The position numbers and the translations under genes were made by a program. Source: Gemmatimonadota bacterium (lineage in GTDB: Bacteria; Gemmatimonadota; Gemmatimonadetes; Longimicrobiales; Gaopeijiaceae). From it: DNA of 64,000 nucleotides. The DNA lies in contig JAWKQN010000009.1 in NCBI GenBank assembly GCA_041390125.1, positions 170,628 through 234,627 on the forward strand, given 5' to 3'. The notes below the pieces were generated by a model. That model had not been told where the DNA came from, did not search any database, and was given only the letters and a program-made list of their open reading frames with translations. This document shows, piece by piece, positions 26,334 to 35,575 of the stretch (positions are counted from its first letter, which is position 1; every line of letters begins with the position of its first letter).

Positions 26334-28658
26334 TCACGGATCGTGTTCGAGCGCTCGCTCCAGCGCCTCGACGAGGCGGGCGGCGTCGGCGTGGGAGAAG
26401 ACGAGGGGCGGCTTGATCTTCAGGACGTTGTGGTCGGGCCCGTCGGTGGAGAGCAGGATCCCGTCCCGTTCCACCAGCGTCTCGACCACCCGGGCGGCCC
26501 GCTCGGGATCGGGGGAGCGCCCGTCGCGGGTGAGCTCGAGCCCCAGGAAGAGCCCCCTGCCCCGCGCCTGCCCGCCTACCCGCTCCGCCAGCGGGCGCAG
26601 ACGCCCCAGCAGCGCGTCCCCCACCTGCGCCGCGTGCGCCCGCAGTCCCTCGTCCTCGAGCACATCCAGCACCGCCAGGCCCACGGCGCAGGAGACCGGG
26701 TTGCCCCCGAACGTGTTGAAGTACTCCATCCCGTTGCTGAAGGCCTCTGCCACGGCGCGGGTGGTGACCACCGCCCCCAGGGGATGCCCGTTCCCGATGG
26801 GCTTGCCCAGGGTCACGATGTCCGGAACGGCCCCCTCCGCCTCGAATCCCCACCAGTGGCTGCCCACCCGGCCGAAGCCCACCTGGACCTCGTCGGCCAC
26901 GGCGACCCCACCGGCCGCCCGGGCCGCGTCGAACGCCCGGGCGAGCCATCCCGCCGGGGGGACCACCTGGCCGCCGCAGCTCGGCATGGCCTCCGCGAAG
27001 AACGCGGCCAGCCCGCCCGGCGCGGTTCGGGCCCGATCGAGCGCCGCCGCCGTCTCCTCCAGGTAGCGGTCCGCCGCCGTGTTCGGGTCGCGGAAGCGAC
27101 CGCGGAACGGGTCGGGAAGCGGCGCCTCCTGCACCCAGGCCGGACGAGCGAAGCCCCCTGGCCCCTTGTACTTGTACGGGCTCATCTCCACCAGTGCGGA
27201 CGTGTTCCCGTGGTAGGCGCCGTCGAGCACGACCACGTTCCGTCCACCGGTGGCGGCCCGCGCCATCCGCAGGGCCAGCTCGTTGGCCTCGCTGCCCGAA
27301 CACACGAGCCAACACACCTCGAAGGGGGGCCCGAACCGCTCCAGCAGGCGCTCCCCGTACCGGGGCAGGAGCTCGTGCAGATAGCGGGTGTTGGTGTTGA
27401 GCAGGGCCGCCTGTTCGGCCAGCGCGGCCACCACCCGCGGGTGCTCGTGCCCCACGTGGGCCACGTTGTTGACGCAGTCGAGGTAGGCCCGGCCGCTGTG
27501 GTCGTACAGCCGGGCGCCCCTGCCCCGCACGATGTGCAGCGGCGCCGTGTAGGCGAGGCTGAGCGCCGGTCCGGCCGTGCGGGCCCGGGCCTCCCGGATC
27601 GCGCCCGAGGGGGGCGGCGTGACCCGGCCGCGCGGACGATCGCGCGGCTCGAGGCGGGCCAGGGCCCGCCCGTCGTCGACCAGGGCGAGGGCCGCCAGGG
27701 TACGCCGCACGCCGCCCTGGCTGACGTCCAGGTAGGCATCCCCCCCACCGCGCTCGGCGGTCGTGCGCGCCGCCTGTGCCACGCTCACGCACAACCGTAG
27801 ACGAACGAGCGGAAGCATGCATTCCAGCTCGACATCGGAGAGGGGCACCAGGCTCCGGTACCCCTCCAGGACGGAGGCAAGGACCCCCACCGGATCGGGG
27901 GCGTCCAGGAGGGCGTAGGTGGCCGCGATGATCGGCTCGGCCACGCGCACGGTGTGGACCAGGTCCCCGAAGTCGAGCAGGCCGACGATGCGGGTCGCTC
28001 CGGGGCCGGCCACCAACACGTTGTGGTCGTTCAGGTCGTTGTGCACCACCCCGGTCGGGAGGGACGGCAGCAGGGGCCCTGCGCTGCGGGCGACCCGGTC
28101 CGTCTCCTCCTCGACGAGCCGGCGCAGGGCGGGATCGCCGATGTGGGGGAGCCCACGTTCCACGACCGCAGCGCCGCGCAGCAGGTCCCAGTCGATCGTG
28201 CGGTGCGCGCCCGGATGCGCAAAGCGCTCCAGGGCCTGCCGGAGCTCAGCGGCCAGCACCCCGAGCGCGCGGTGCCGCTCCGGCCCCGGCGCGGCCGCGT
28301 CCGCCAGCGGTACCCCGTCGACCCAATCCACCAGGCGGACGTGGAGGACCCGCCCGTCCTGGCAGGCGACGCGCCGCGGTGCGTCCTCCACGGGCATGGG
28401 GAGGGCCAGCGCCGGGACGGCCGCCGCGACCCGTCGTACCGCCGCGTCCTGGGCGGCGAGCGCCTCCGGATCGGTATCCACGTGGGCCACCTTGAGGACC
28501 CGGGGGCCGATCCGGAAGTTCTGGTCGGCGTAGCTCGGGAGCTCCTCCGCGGGCCCCTCCTGCCCGAACAGCTGGCGCGCGAGCCGGGAGGCGTCCGCGA
28601 CCGACAGGGACGGGCGCCCGTCGGCGCGGGGCGCGGGGAGCTCCAGGGCCTGCGTCAT
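26334..28658 (-). CDS. Fusion protein: aminoglycoside-phosphotransferase-like kinase domain + class III aminotransferase-fold (phospho-lyase-like) domain
   Basis: The N-terminal half has VVHNDLNDHNVLV and LLDFGD kinase motifs. The C-terminal half has CSGSEANE, ADEVQVGFGRVG and TLGKPIGNGHP (PLP-binding Lys). Confidence 0.85.
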   Translation of the reverse strand: MTQALELPAPRADGRPSLSVADASRLARQLFGQEGPAEELPSYADQNFRIGPRVLKVAHVDTDPEALAAQDAAVRRVAAAVPALALPMPVEDAPRRVACQDGRVLHVRLVDWVDGVPLADAAAPGPERHRALGVLAAELRQALERFAHPGAHRTIDWDLLRGAAVVERGLPHIGDPALRRLVEEETDRVARSAGPLLPSLPTGVVHNDLNDHNVLVAGPGATRIVGLLDFGDLVHTVRVAEPIIAATYALLDAPDPVGVLASVLEGYRSLVPLSDVELECMLPLVRLRLCVSVAQAARTTAERGGGDAYLDVSQGGVRRTLAALALVDDGRALARLEPRDRPRGRVTPPPSGAIREARARTAGPALSLAYTAPLHIVRGRGARLYDHSGRAYLDCVNNVAHVGHEHPRVVAALAEQAALLNTNTRYLHELLPRYGERLLERFGPPFEVCWLVCSGSEANELALRMARAATGGRNVVVLDGAYHGNTSALVEMSPYKYKGPGGFARPAWVQEAPLPDPFRGRFRDPNTAADRYLEETAAALDRARTAPGGLAAFFAEAMPSCGGQVVPPAGWLARAFDAARAAGGVAVADEVQVGFGRVGSHWWGFEAEGAVPDIVTLGKPIGNGHPLGAVVTTRAVAEAFSNGMEYFNTFGGNPVSCAVGLAVLDVLEDEGLRAHAAQVGDALLGRLRPLAERVGGQARGRGLFLGLELTRDGRSPDPERAARVVETLVERDGILLSTDGPDHNVLKIKPPLVFSHADAARLVEALERALEHDP

Positions 28659-28819
28659 GCGAGGAACCTTGGCGTTCGGGTTCGGGTCTTTCTCTTGCAC
28701 TGCCCACGCTCCGACCGGCCCTGCCGCTCCCGACGGGCCGGTCGACCCCGCGCCACCCGCGGGTCCTCGAGCACCCATAATAGAGCGCGGCGAGCCCGCG
28801 CGTTCGAGAGGCTGGATCC

Positions 28820-31402
28820 ATGACTCGATTCCTGGCGGCGTTCTTCCTCGCGGCCGGCGTCCTGGCCGCCTGCGACGGCGGCACTCCCCCTCCGGTGGCG
28901 ACCACGGTGGTCGTGACCCCGGGCACCGCGGCCTTCGCGTCCGTGGGGCAGACGGAACAGTTCAGCGCCGAGGTGCGGGACCAGAACGGCTCCCCGATGA
29001 CCGGCGTCACCGTCTCGTGGGCCTCCAGCGACATCGGGGTGGCCAACGTCACGAGTGCGGGTGTGGTGACGGCCAGCGGCAACGGCACGGCGCAGATCCG
29101 GGCCACCGCCGAGGGGATCACCGGCTCGGCGTCCATCACCGTCGACCAGGTTCCCGAATCGATCAGCAAGACCGCCGGCGACGCCCAGACCGGCGAGGCG
29201 GGCGATCCCCTGCCCATCAGCCCGACGGTCGAGGTCAAGGATGCCCTCGGGGCACCCGTGGTCGGCGCCTCCGTCACGTTCGAGGTCGTGGGCGGCGGCG
29301 GCACGGTGGCCACGCAGACGGTCCTGACCGGCGCCACGGGACGGGCGTCCACCACGTGGACGCTCGGAGGCACGGTGGGCGCGCAGACCCTGCGCGCTCG
29401 CGTGGGCACCCTGGAGGTCGAGTTCACGGCGACGGGTCAGGTGGGGATCCTGTCGGTCAGCACGACCGCGCTGGATCGCGCGCGCCAGACCCTGCCCTAC
29501 ACGACCTCCCTGCAGGCCAAGGGGGGCAACGGCGGCGGCTACACGTGGTCGATCGCCAGTGGCACCCTGCCTCCGGGCCTCACGCTCACGCAGGGCGGGG
29601 CGCTGGCGGGTACGCCGACCACGGCCGGCACCTTCACCCCCACGTTCCGCGTGCAGGACGGCGGGGGCGGCAGCGCCACCCGGGCGCTCACCCTGACGGT
29701 GTGCGAGCCACCCCTGCAGCTGGCGCTGGGCGCCAATACCATCCTGGACGCTTCGGCCGTGGGCACCTGCGGGGTCTACCTGCCGTCGGCGAACGGGGCG
29801 GCGTACCGCATCACGCTGCATCGGCCCTCCACGGACGTGAACGCCACCTCCACCTCGGTCAGCCTGACCATGGAGGGGGACGGCGTGAGCGCCACCGCGG
29901 CTGCGGCCTCCCCTGCCCTGGCCGCGGCGGCCGAGCCCGCCCTGCAGGCGCCCTCGACCCTCCAGCGCGGGATCGAGCGCTCGGTCGCGCGCGCCGAGGC
30001 CACCGAGCGCTTCCACGAGGCGCTCCGGGCGGACGAGGCCCGGTTGCTGGCCCGCCTGCCCCGGGAGGGACTCCTCGCGCCGCAGGGCCCCCGGCTGCGG
30101 GCTGCGTACGCGGCCTTCCAGGCGGCGCCCGATACGCTGGTGCTGAACGTGCCGGTGGACGCGACCTCCTGCGACCTCTCGACCGCCAGGTCCAACACCG
30201 CCGTGAAGCTGGGTGAGAACCAGCACGTGGCCATCTACCAGACGGTCTCGCAGCGGACCACGGCGCCCATCTCCACGGCGAGCGTCAACATGATGCTCGA
30301 TTTCTACGAGAACTATGGCGATCCCGTCATCCAGCAGTACTTCGGGGGCACCTCCGACGTGAACGGCGACGGCATCCTCACCGTCCTGGCCACCCCGGAC
30401 GTGGGGGCGCAGATCGCCGCGTTCGTCTGGAGCGGCGACTTCTTCGACAACTCGCCTGGAGTCTGCCCCGCGTCGAACGAGCGGGAGATGATCTATTTCA
30501 ACGCCGATGTCATCAACGACATGGACGACGGCTCCAGCTATCAGGCGCTGGCCACGTTCGTGCACGAAGCCAAGCACGTCTCGTCGCTGTACAAGCGAGT
30601 GGCCACGCAGCCGTTCCACCCCTCCTTCATCGAGGAGGGCACGGCGGAGATCGCCGGTGAGATGGCCACGCGCCTGGCCTGGGCGGCCACGGGCGGGCCC
30701 GCGGTGGGGGAGAAGGTCACCCGGCAGGATTTCGTGTCGGGGAACCAGATCGACGTGACCCCCGAGAACTACGGGATCTTCCTGCGCATGGCGCGGGTCG
30801 CCTGGTATCTCTCCTCTCAGCCCAACGGCGTGAGCGCGTCCCTCACCTCGCAGCAGAACGGGATCTACGGATCGGGTTGGTTGTTCCACCGCTTCGTCGG
30901 CGATGCGTACGGCAACGCCGCGGCGTCGGCCCTGGCGGACCAGACCCTCTTCCGCACCCAGAACGACTCCGCCACCGCGAGCGGCTTCACGGGCTTCCCC
31001 ACCTTCGTCGGCGGCAAGTCGTACACGGACGTGCTGCTGGAGTACGCCGTGGCGCTCACCTATGAAGGGACGCCGCAGGCTCCGGCCCGGACCTTCACGA
31101 CCTATGACTTCCCGACGGCCGCCGAGCTGTTCCGGAATCCGGATCCGGCGGGGACGTTCCCGTGGCCGGTCACGAAGACCTGCAACGGATTGCCCTGCCC
31201 CACCAGCCTGGACTCCTCGAACACCGACACCGATGACGGGGTCGTGCACGCCGCCCAGTTCGGGGACCACGCCTATCCCGGCGCGCTGGGACCGGGGGGC
31301 GTGCGGATCCACGAGTTCGAGTCCAACGGGACGGGAACCGGGGCGCAGGTGGACGTCACCGCCCCCTCGGGCATCAAGGTGATCGTGGCCCGCGTGCGGT
31401 AG
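28820..31402 (+). CDS. Large surface lipoprotein: Big_2 / Ig-like domains + C-terminal HExxH domain (putative metalloprotease)
   Basis: Lipobox LAAC. Big_2-like repeats (VTPGTA...GTAQIRA). Putative Ig motif GTLPPGLTL. HEAKH is followed by EEGTAE 29 residues later, a gluzincin-like arrangement. Confidence 0.75.
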   Translation: MTRFLAAFFLAAGVLAACDGGTPPPVATTVVVTPGTAAFASVGQTEQFSAEVRDQNGSPMTGVTVSWASSDIGVANVTSAGVVTASGNGTAQIRATAEGITGSASITVDQVPESISKTAGDAQTGEAGDPLPISPTVEVKDALGAPVVGASVTFEVVGGGGTVATQTVLTGATGRASTTWTLGGTVGAQTLRARVGTLEVEFTATGQVGILSVSTTALDRARQTLPYTTSLQAKGGNGGGYTWSIASGTLPPGLTLTQGGALAGTPTTAGTFTPTFRVQDGGGGSATRALTLTVCEPPLQLALGANTILDASAVGTCGVYLPSANGAAYRITLHRPSTDVNATSTSVSLTMEGDGVSATAAAASPALAAAAEPALQAPSTLQRGIERSVARAEATERFHEALRADEARLLARLPREGLLAPQGPRLRAAYAAFQAAPDTLVLNVPVDATSCDLSTARSNTAVKLGENQHVAIYQTVSQRTTAPISTASVNMMLDFYENYGDPVIQQYFGGTSDVNGDGILTVLATPDVGAQIAAFVWSGDFFDNSPGVCPASNEREMIYFNADVINDMDDGSSYQALATFVHEAKHVSSLYKRVATQPFHPSFIEEGTAEIAGEMATRLAWAATGGPAVGEKVTRQDFVSGNQIDVTPENYGIFLRMARVAWYLSSQPNGVSASLTSQQNGIYGSGWLFHRFVGDAYGNAAASALADQTLFRTQNDSATASGFTGFPTFVGGKSYTDVLLEYAVALTYEGTPQAPARTFTTYDFPTAAELFRNPDPAGTFPWPVTKTCNGLPCPTSLDSSNTDTDDGVVHAAQFGDHAYPGALGPGGVRIHEFESNGTGTGAQVDVTAPSGIKVIVARVR

Positions 31403-31430
31403 GAAGCCCGCCCGCCCCGGACGCGGACGA

Positions 31431-31460
31431 GGCCGCGGAGACCTCCGGGTCCCCGCGGCC
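31431..31460. terminator. GC-rich hairpin between convergent genes
   Basis: GGCCGCGGAGAC-CTCCGG-GTCCCCGCGGCC, a 12-bp stem with one mismatch. There is no clear U-tract. Confidence 0.35.
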
Positions 31461-31574
31461 TTCGTCCATCCCGTCAGCGGCGACGCGGTCGACGACCACC
31501 TCGTCGTGCGTGGCGTGCCGTTGCCGCGCCGTCCGATCGTTCGAGGCTGGGCCCGGTCCCGCGGTCCGGCCCGG

Positions 31575-33500
31575 TCAGGACACCGGCCGGGTCTTCGGCA
31601 CCAACTGGGTGATCCAGATCCCGCTGTTCAGGTCCGACGAGTAGATCCGTCCCTTGTGGATCTGCGCGCCCCAGGCCATCGGCCAGTTGGCCACGGTCGT
31701 TTCGGCGTCCGTGGTGCGGAGCGCGGCGATCTCGCGGCCCTGGGCGTACAGATCCCCGCGCAGCTCGCCGGAGATGTCCACCACGCGCAACCCGGCCTGG
31801 TAGTAGCCCACGTAGAGCCGGTCGTCCTCCACCCACACATTGTGCGCGCCCGCCTCCGGGACCTCGTAGAAGGCCACCTCGACCGGGTTCTCGATGTCCG
31901 CTACGTCCACCACGTGGATGTAGCCACGCGCCTCGATGGGCCGATCGGCGTTCCATCCGTCCGGGAAGATCTCGTCTCCCAGGAAGAGGTAGCGGCCGGA
32001 GCGCCATGCGACGTGCGTGTTGCCGATCGGGTACGCGTAACGGCTCACGAACGTGGGCGTGCGCGGCGTCCCGCCGTGGGTGCCGGCGCCGACATCCAGG
32101 ATGACGACGCCGTCGTCCCAGTAGGAGAGGAAGGCGTACCCGTCCTGGACGATCACGTCGTGCAGCGTCTTGCCCTGCTTGTCGAGGCCCCACCGACCGA
32201 CCTCCACCAGCGCGCCCGGATCGGAGATGTCCAGGATGTGGATGTCGGACGTGCCGTTGTGCACCGCGTAGACGAGGTCGCGCTCCCCGTCGATCCAGAC
32301 GTTGTGCACTCCACCCGTGACCGTCTCCTCGTAGTGGGAGATCACACGGGGGTGGGCGGGCGTGGCGAGGTCCAGCATCACGATGCCGTTGCGCCGGTTG
32401 GAGGCGCCCTCCCGGGTCACGATGCCGACGCGCCGGTTCGGGTGGATCTTCACGTCGTTGATCCGGCGCGCGTCGAGCTGCAGCGAGTCCGTCAGCACGG
32501 GCCGCGCCGCGTCGGTCACGTCCCACACCTTCATCCAGTCGTGCATGAAGGTGCCTACGTAGACGTAGTCCCGTCCGTCCAGGCCTTCGAAGACCCACAT
32601 GTCCCCGGAGTGGTGGGTGGCGATCCCGCCCCGTCCCACCTGCACCAGGGTCTCCTCCGACGTGCGGGCTTCGACGTCCAGCACGGTGGTGGTGGCCGCG
32701 CCCTCCCCCACCAGGGCAGTGACCACGTAGCGGCCTGGCCGCTCGGCCACGAACACGCCTGTTCCGTCCTCGTCGTCGATCTGCGCGCCACTCCCGCCGA
32801 CGCTCCACGAGGGATGGACGGCCGCCGCTCCTCCCTGGCCCCGGGCCGTCACCCGAAGGCGCACCACATCCCCCGTGCGCACGAGCTCCGTGGCGGGGGG
32901 CGCTCCTTCGACCGACAGCGTGAGCGGCCCGTCGTCCGTCACGGTGAAGTCCAGGGTGGCCGACGCGTCCCCACTCGTCACGTGCACCCGGGCCACCCCG
33001 GGACCCACCGCCCACACCCGACCCAGCGCGTCCACCCGGGCCACACCTTCCGCACTGGAGGCATAGCGCGCGGCGACCTCCTCCAGGGCGCCACCCTGCC
33101 GATCCCGCGCCGTGAGGCGGATGGGGACCGACGTACCCACGGCCAGCCGGAGCGCGGGCGCGGTGGCCGCGAGTTCGGCCGCCGGCAGCGGTGCCACCCG
33201 GACGATCACCACGGCGGGTGCGACGCCCGTCTGCCCGAGCGCGAGCGCGCGAGCCTCCGCGCGACCGGATGCGAGCGCGCGCACGCTCCCGTCGGCGGAC
33301 AGCGCGATCACGTCCGTGTCGGTGGTGAACCACCGCACGCCCGCTCCGGCGCGCGCGCCACCGCCGGCATCCCGCACGGTGGCGGCCAACGTGGCGGAGT
33401 CGCCGACCGTCAGCTCGATCACGGCGGGCTCGGCCACCACGCGCGGACCCGGGTCCTGCGCGGCCTGGAGGACCGCGCCCATCAGGAACGGCAGCAGCAT
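31575..33500 (-). CDS. LVIVD-repeat beta-propeller protein with N-terminal Big_2-like domains
   Basis: Repeated motifs GIVMLDLATP, DIHILDISDP, GVVILDVG, YIHVVDVADIENP and GLRVVDISG. The N-terminal 230 aa are Ig-like. Confidence 0.8.
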   Translation of the reverse strand: MLLPFLMGAVLQAAQDPGPRVVAEPAVIELTVGDSATLAATVRDAGGGARAGAGVRWFTTDTDVIALSADGSVRALASGRAEARALALGQTGVAPAVVIVRVAPLPAAELAATAPALRLAVGTSVPIRLTARDRQGGALEEVAARYASSAEGVARVDALGRVWAVGPGVARVHVTSGDASATLDFTVTDDGPLTLSVEGAPPATELVRTGDVVRLRVTARGQGGAAAVHPSWSVGGSGAQIDDEDGTGVFVAERPGRYVVTALVGEGAATTTVLDVEARTSEETLVQVGRGGIATHHSGDMWVFEGLDGRDYVYVGTFMHDWMKVWDVTDAARPVLTDSLQLDARRINDVKIHPNRRVGIVTREGASNRRNGIVMLDLATPAHPRVISHYEETVTGGVHNVWIDGERDLVYAVHNGTSDIHILDISDPGALVEVGRWGLDKQGKTLHDVIVQDGYAFLSYWDDGVVILDVGAGTHGGTPRTPTFVSRYAYPIGNTHVAWRSGRYLFLGDEIFPDGWNADRPIEARGYIHVVDVADIENPVEVAFYEVPEAGAHNVWVEDDRLYVGYYQAGLRVVDISGELRGDLYAQGREIAALRTTDAETTVANWPMAWGAQIHKGRIYSSDLNSGIWITQLVPKTRPVS

Positions 33501-33507
33501 GGCGGGC

Positions 33508-33909
33508 CTACCGGGTTCGGGTCGTCACCTCGATGACGCCGTTGGAATAGTTGGTGCCGTACAGGGTCGTGGCGTCGCGTCCGTTCCGGAAGCGCATCTC
33601 GCGCACATCGGAGGAGCGCACGGAGCTCAGCACCTGCAGGCCCCCGGCGACCGGCCGGCCGTCGATGTGGACCTGGGGACCGATGGCACCGGTGCGGCTC
33701 GTCAGCCAGCCAGCGCGCAATCTCTGCACGGCCTCGAGCGCGGACATGGAGGGGATCTCCGCCAGCTCGGACTCGGTGATCAGGTTGCGCCCCCCGCGGG
33801 CAGCGCTGCTGCCCGATCCGCCCGAGGATCCCGAGGCGCACCCGCCCACCGCGGACGCGAGCAGGAGGAACAGGAAGAGGGGAATCGTGCGAACGAAGCG
33901 ACTGGTCAT
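33508..33909 (-). CDS. Small lipoprotein consisting of a stand-alone TonB-dependent-receptor Plug-like domain
   Basis: Lipobox VGGC. ALEAVQRLRAGW, HIDGRPV and DATTLYGTNYSNGVIEVTT follow the Plug-domain pattern. No beta-barrel follows. Confidence 0.6.
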   Translation of the reverse strand: MTSRFVRTIPLFLFLLLASAVGGCASGSSGGSGSSAARGGRNLITESELAEIPSMSALEAVQRLRAGWLTSRTGAIGPQVHIDGRPVAGGLQVLSSVRSSDVREMRFRNGRDATTLYGTNYSNGVIEVTTRTR

Positions 33910-33933
33910 GAGGCCTCCGGTGTGGGGTGGTGC

Positions 33934-34338
33934 TCAGAGTCCCTTCTGGGCCCGGAGCAACAGCTCGAGGAGCTTGATGTCGGGCATGAGTCCGAGGGCG
34001 TCCGAGCCGGGGTGGGGATAGCGGTAGCGGTCCTGGCTGGACTCCGAGGAGAAGACCACCACGTTCCCGATCAACTGTCCGTACTCGTAGCGGGGGCTGA
34101 CCTCCGCCCGCCAGGTGCGCTCCTCACGGTCGACGAACCACCGGTACTGGGGATTCTGGACGGCGATGGTCAGCGTGCTGGCCACGGGCGGGCGCGCCCC
34201 TTCGACGATGGCCTGCAGGCGACACCGGGGGTCATCCACCCCCTTGAGCATCACACGCCACTGCGGGCCCTCCCGCACCGCCGACGTCACCTCCCATGTC
34301 CGTCCCCCGCGCTCGATGCGCAGCCCCTGGATACCCAA
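33934..34338 (-). CDS. Hypothetical protein (no signal peptide)
   Basis: 134 aa with codon usage like neighbouring genes. It starts 5 nt after the PilX-like stop. Confidence 0.5.
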   Translation of the reverse strand: MGIQGLRIERGGRTWEVTSAVREGPQWRVMLKGVDDPRCRLQAIVEGARPPVASTLTIAVQNPQYRWFVDREERTWRAEVSPRYEYGQLIGNVVVFSSESSQDRYRYPHPGSDALGLMPDIKLLELLLRAQKGL

Positions 34339-34342
34339 TGGA

Positions 34343-35575
34343 TCAGCCTTCCAACGCGGTGAAGTCGAGCCAGCTCCTGGCCGGGATCGGTTCAGCCCGC
34401 GTCAACGCGGGATTGTTCAGGATCGCGCGGTCGATGGCGCACCGGGAGCTTGCGATCCAGACCTCCCGCACCGTGCTGGGGTTGCGCGCATGGATGTCCG
34501 CCGCCCGGACGTTGCCCGCCAACAGCACCCCTCCGCCGTCGATGGTCAGGGTGCCCTGGACGACGACCGCTCCGTAGAAGCGGACGTCCTCTCCCACCAT
34601 CAGGTCCCCTTCGACCAGCAGGATGCCCTGCCCCACCGTCCCGGCCGCGAGCTGCAGGCTGCCCGTGGAATGCACGACCGGGAAATAGCGCCCGCAGGGC
34701 CCCATCGGGTCGGTCGGGGCGCCCCAATTGGTGGCGCTGGCCTCCTGGCACAGCCCGTTGGCATCGAGCTGCGGCGTGGCGGGACCGAAGGCGCCGCCGG
34801 TGACGCGCACGTCCGCCACCGCTACGAGCTCTGCCCACGTCAGCCCCCCATAGCTGGTCAGGGCGGCCGCGGTCAGCGCGGGATCCTCCACCACGGGAGG
34901 CACCCCCGACACAACGGCCGGTCCGGCGGTCGTGACCGCCGAATCGTCCGGCAGGATCACGCCGGCCATGCCGCCCCCAGCCGCTCCGCAGACCGGGGCC
35001 CAGGACAACGGGGTGAAGTCGGCGCCCGTCACGCCCACGTCGCCCTCCAACGCGAGGCCCGACAGACTGAGCGCGGCAGAGCCGGCGGTGAACAGGGGGC
35101 TGTTCAGGCGCGTGAGGACTGCGATGCGGTGTTCGATGCCGGGATCGGCGAAGAGGCCGCCCCGACTGTCCAGCAGGTACAGGCGCTCGGAGACCCGGCG
35201 CACGTCGATGGTGGCGCTGCCCTCCCGGGCCAGGCTGGTGATCTGGTCCGTCTGGCCCGGGGGAAGCAGTCCGAAGCGCTCCCCCTGCCAGTTGGACAGC
35301 ACCTCGGCGATGCCGGTCTCGGCGACGTCCAGCGCGCGCTGGGCGCGGTCGCTGGCCATGGAGATCCGCGTCTCCTGCCGCGCAGCGTAGAAGCCGCCGG
35401 TCACCACGAGCCCGAGGATCGAAAGCGCGACCAGCGCCAGCAGGAACGCCACTCCCCGCTCGTCCGGCCATCGAGCCGCTTCGGGTCCACCTGCAGGACC
35501 GCCCGCACCCGACCCGGGCGGGTCAGTTGCGCAGCGAGACGCGTGTGGTGAGGGAATCGGCGATCGGGGACCCAT
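34343..35575 (-). CDS. PilX-like minor pilin / pilus tip-complex protein
   Basis: N-terminal hydrophobic helix RGVAFLLALVALSILGLVVTGGFY with no G|FxxxE cleavage site, which fits a PilX_N-like segment. It holds the fourth position of the minor-pilin operon. The start is uncertain: ATG 35575 overlaps the upstream gene by 53 nt, and GTG 35452 is the alternative. Confidence 0.6.
   Translation of the reverse strand: MGPRSPIPSPHASRCATDPPGSGAGGPAGGPEAARWPDERGVAFLLALVALSILGLVVTGGFYAARQETRISMASDRAQRALDVAETGIAEVLSNWQGERFGLLPPGQTDQITSLAREGSATIDVRRVSERLYLLDSRGGLFADPGIEHRIAVLTRLNSPLFTAGSAALSLSGLALEGDVGVTGADFTPLSWAPVCGAAGGGMAGVILPDDSAVTTAGPAVVSGVPPVVEDPALTAAALTSYGGLTWAELVAVADVRVTGGAFGPATPQLDANGLCQEASATNWGAPTDPMGPCGRYFPVVHSTGSLQLAAGTVGQGILLVEGDLMVGEDVRFYGAVVVQGTLTIDGGGVLLAGNVRAADIHARNPSTVREVWIASSRCAIDRAILNNPALTRAEPIPARSWLDFTALEG

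Noticed and set aside
34392-35471. A 359-aa alternative-frame ORF inside the PilX-like gene that begins at an ATG.
   Set aside because: Its translation is Arg/Gly/Pro-rich with no hydrophobic N-terminal helix. The other frame gives a pilin-like N-terminus and normal composition.
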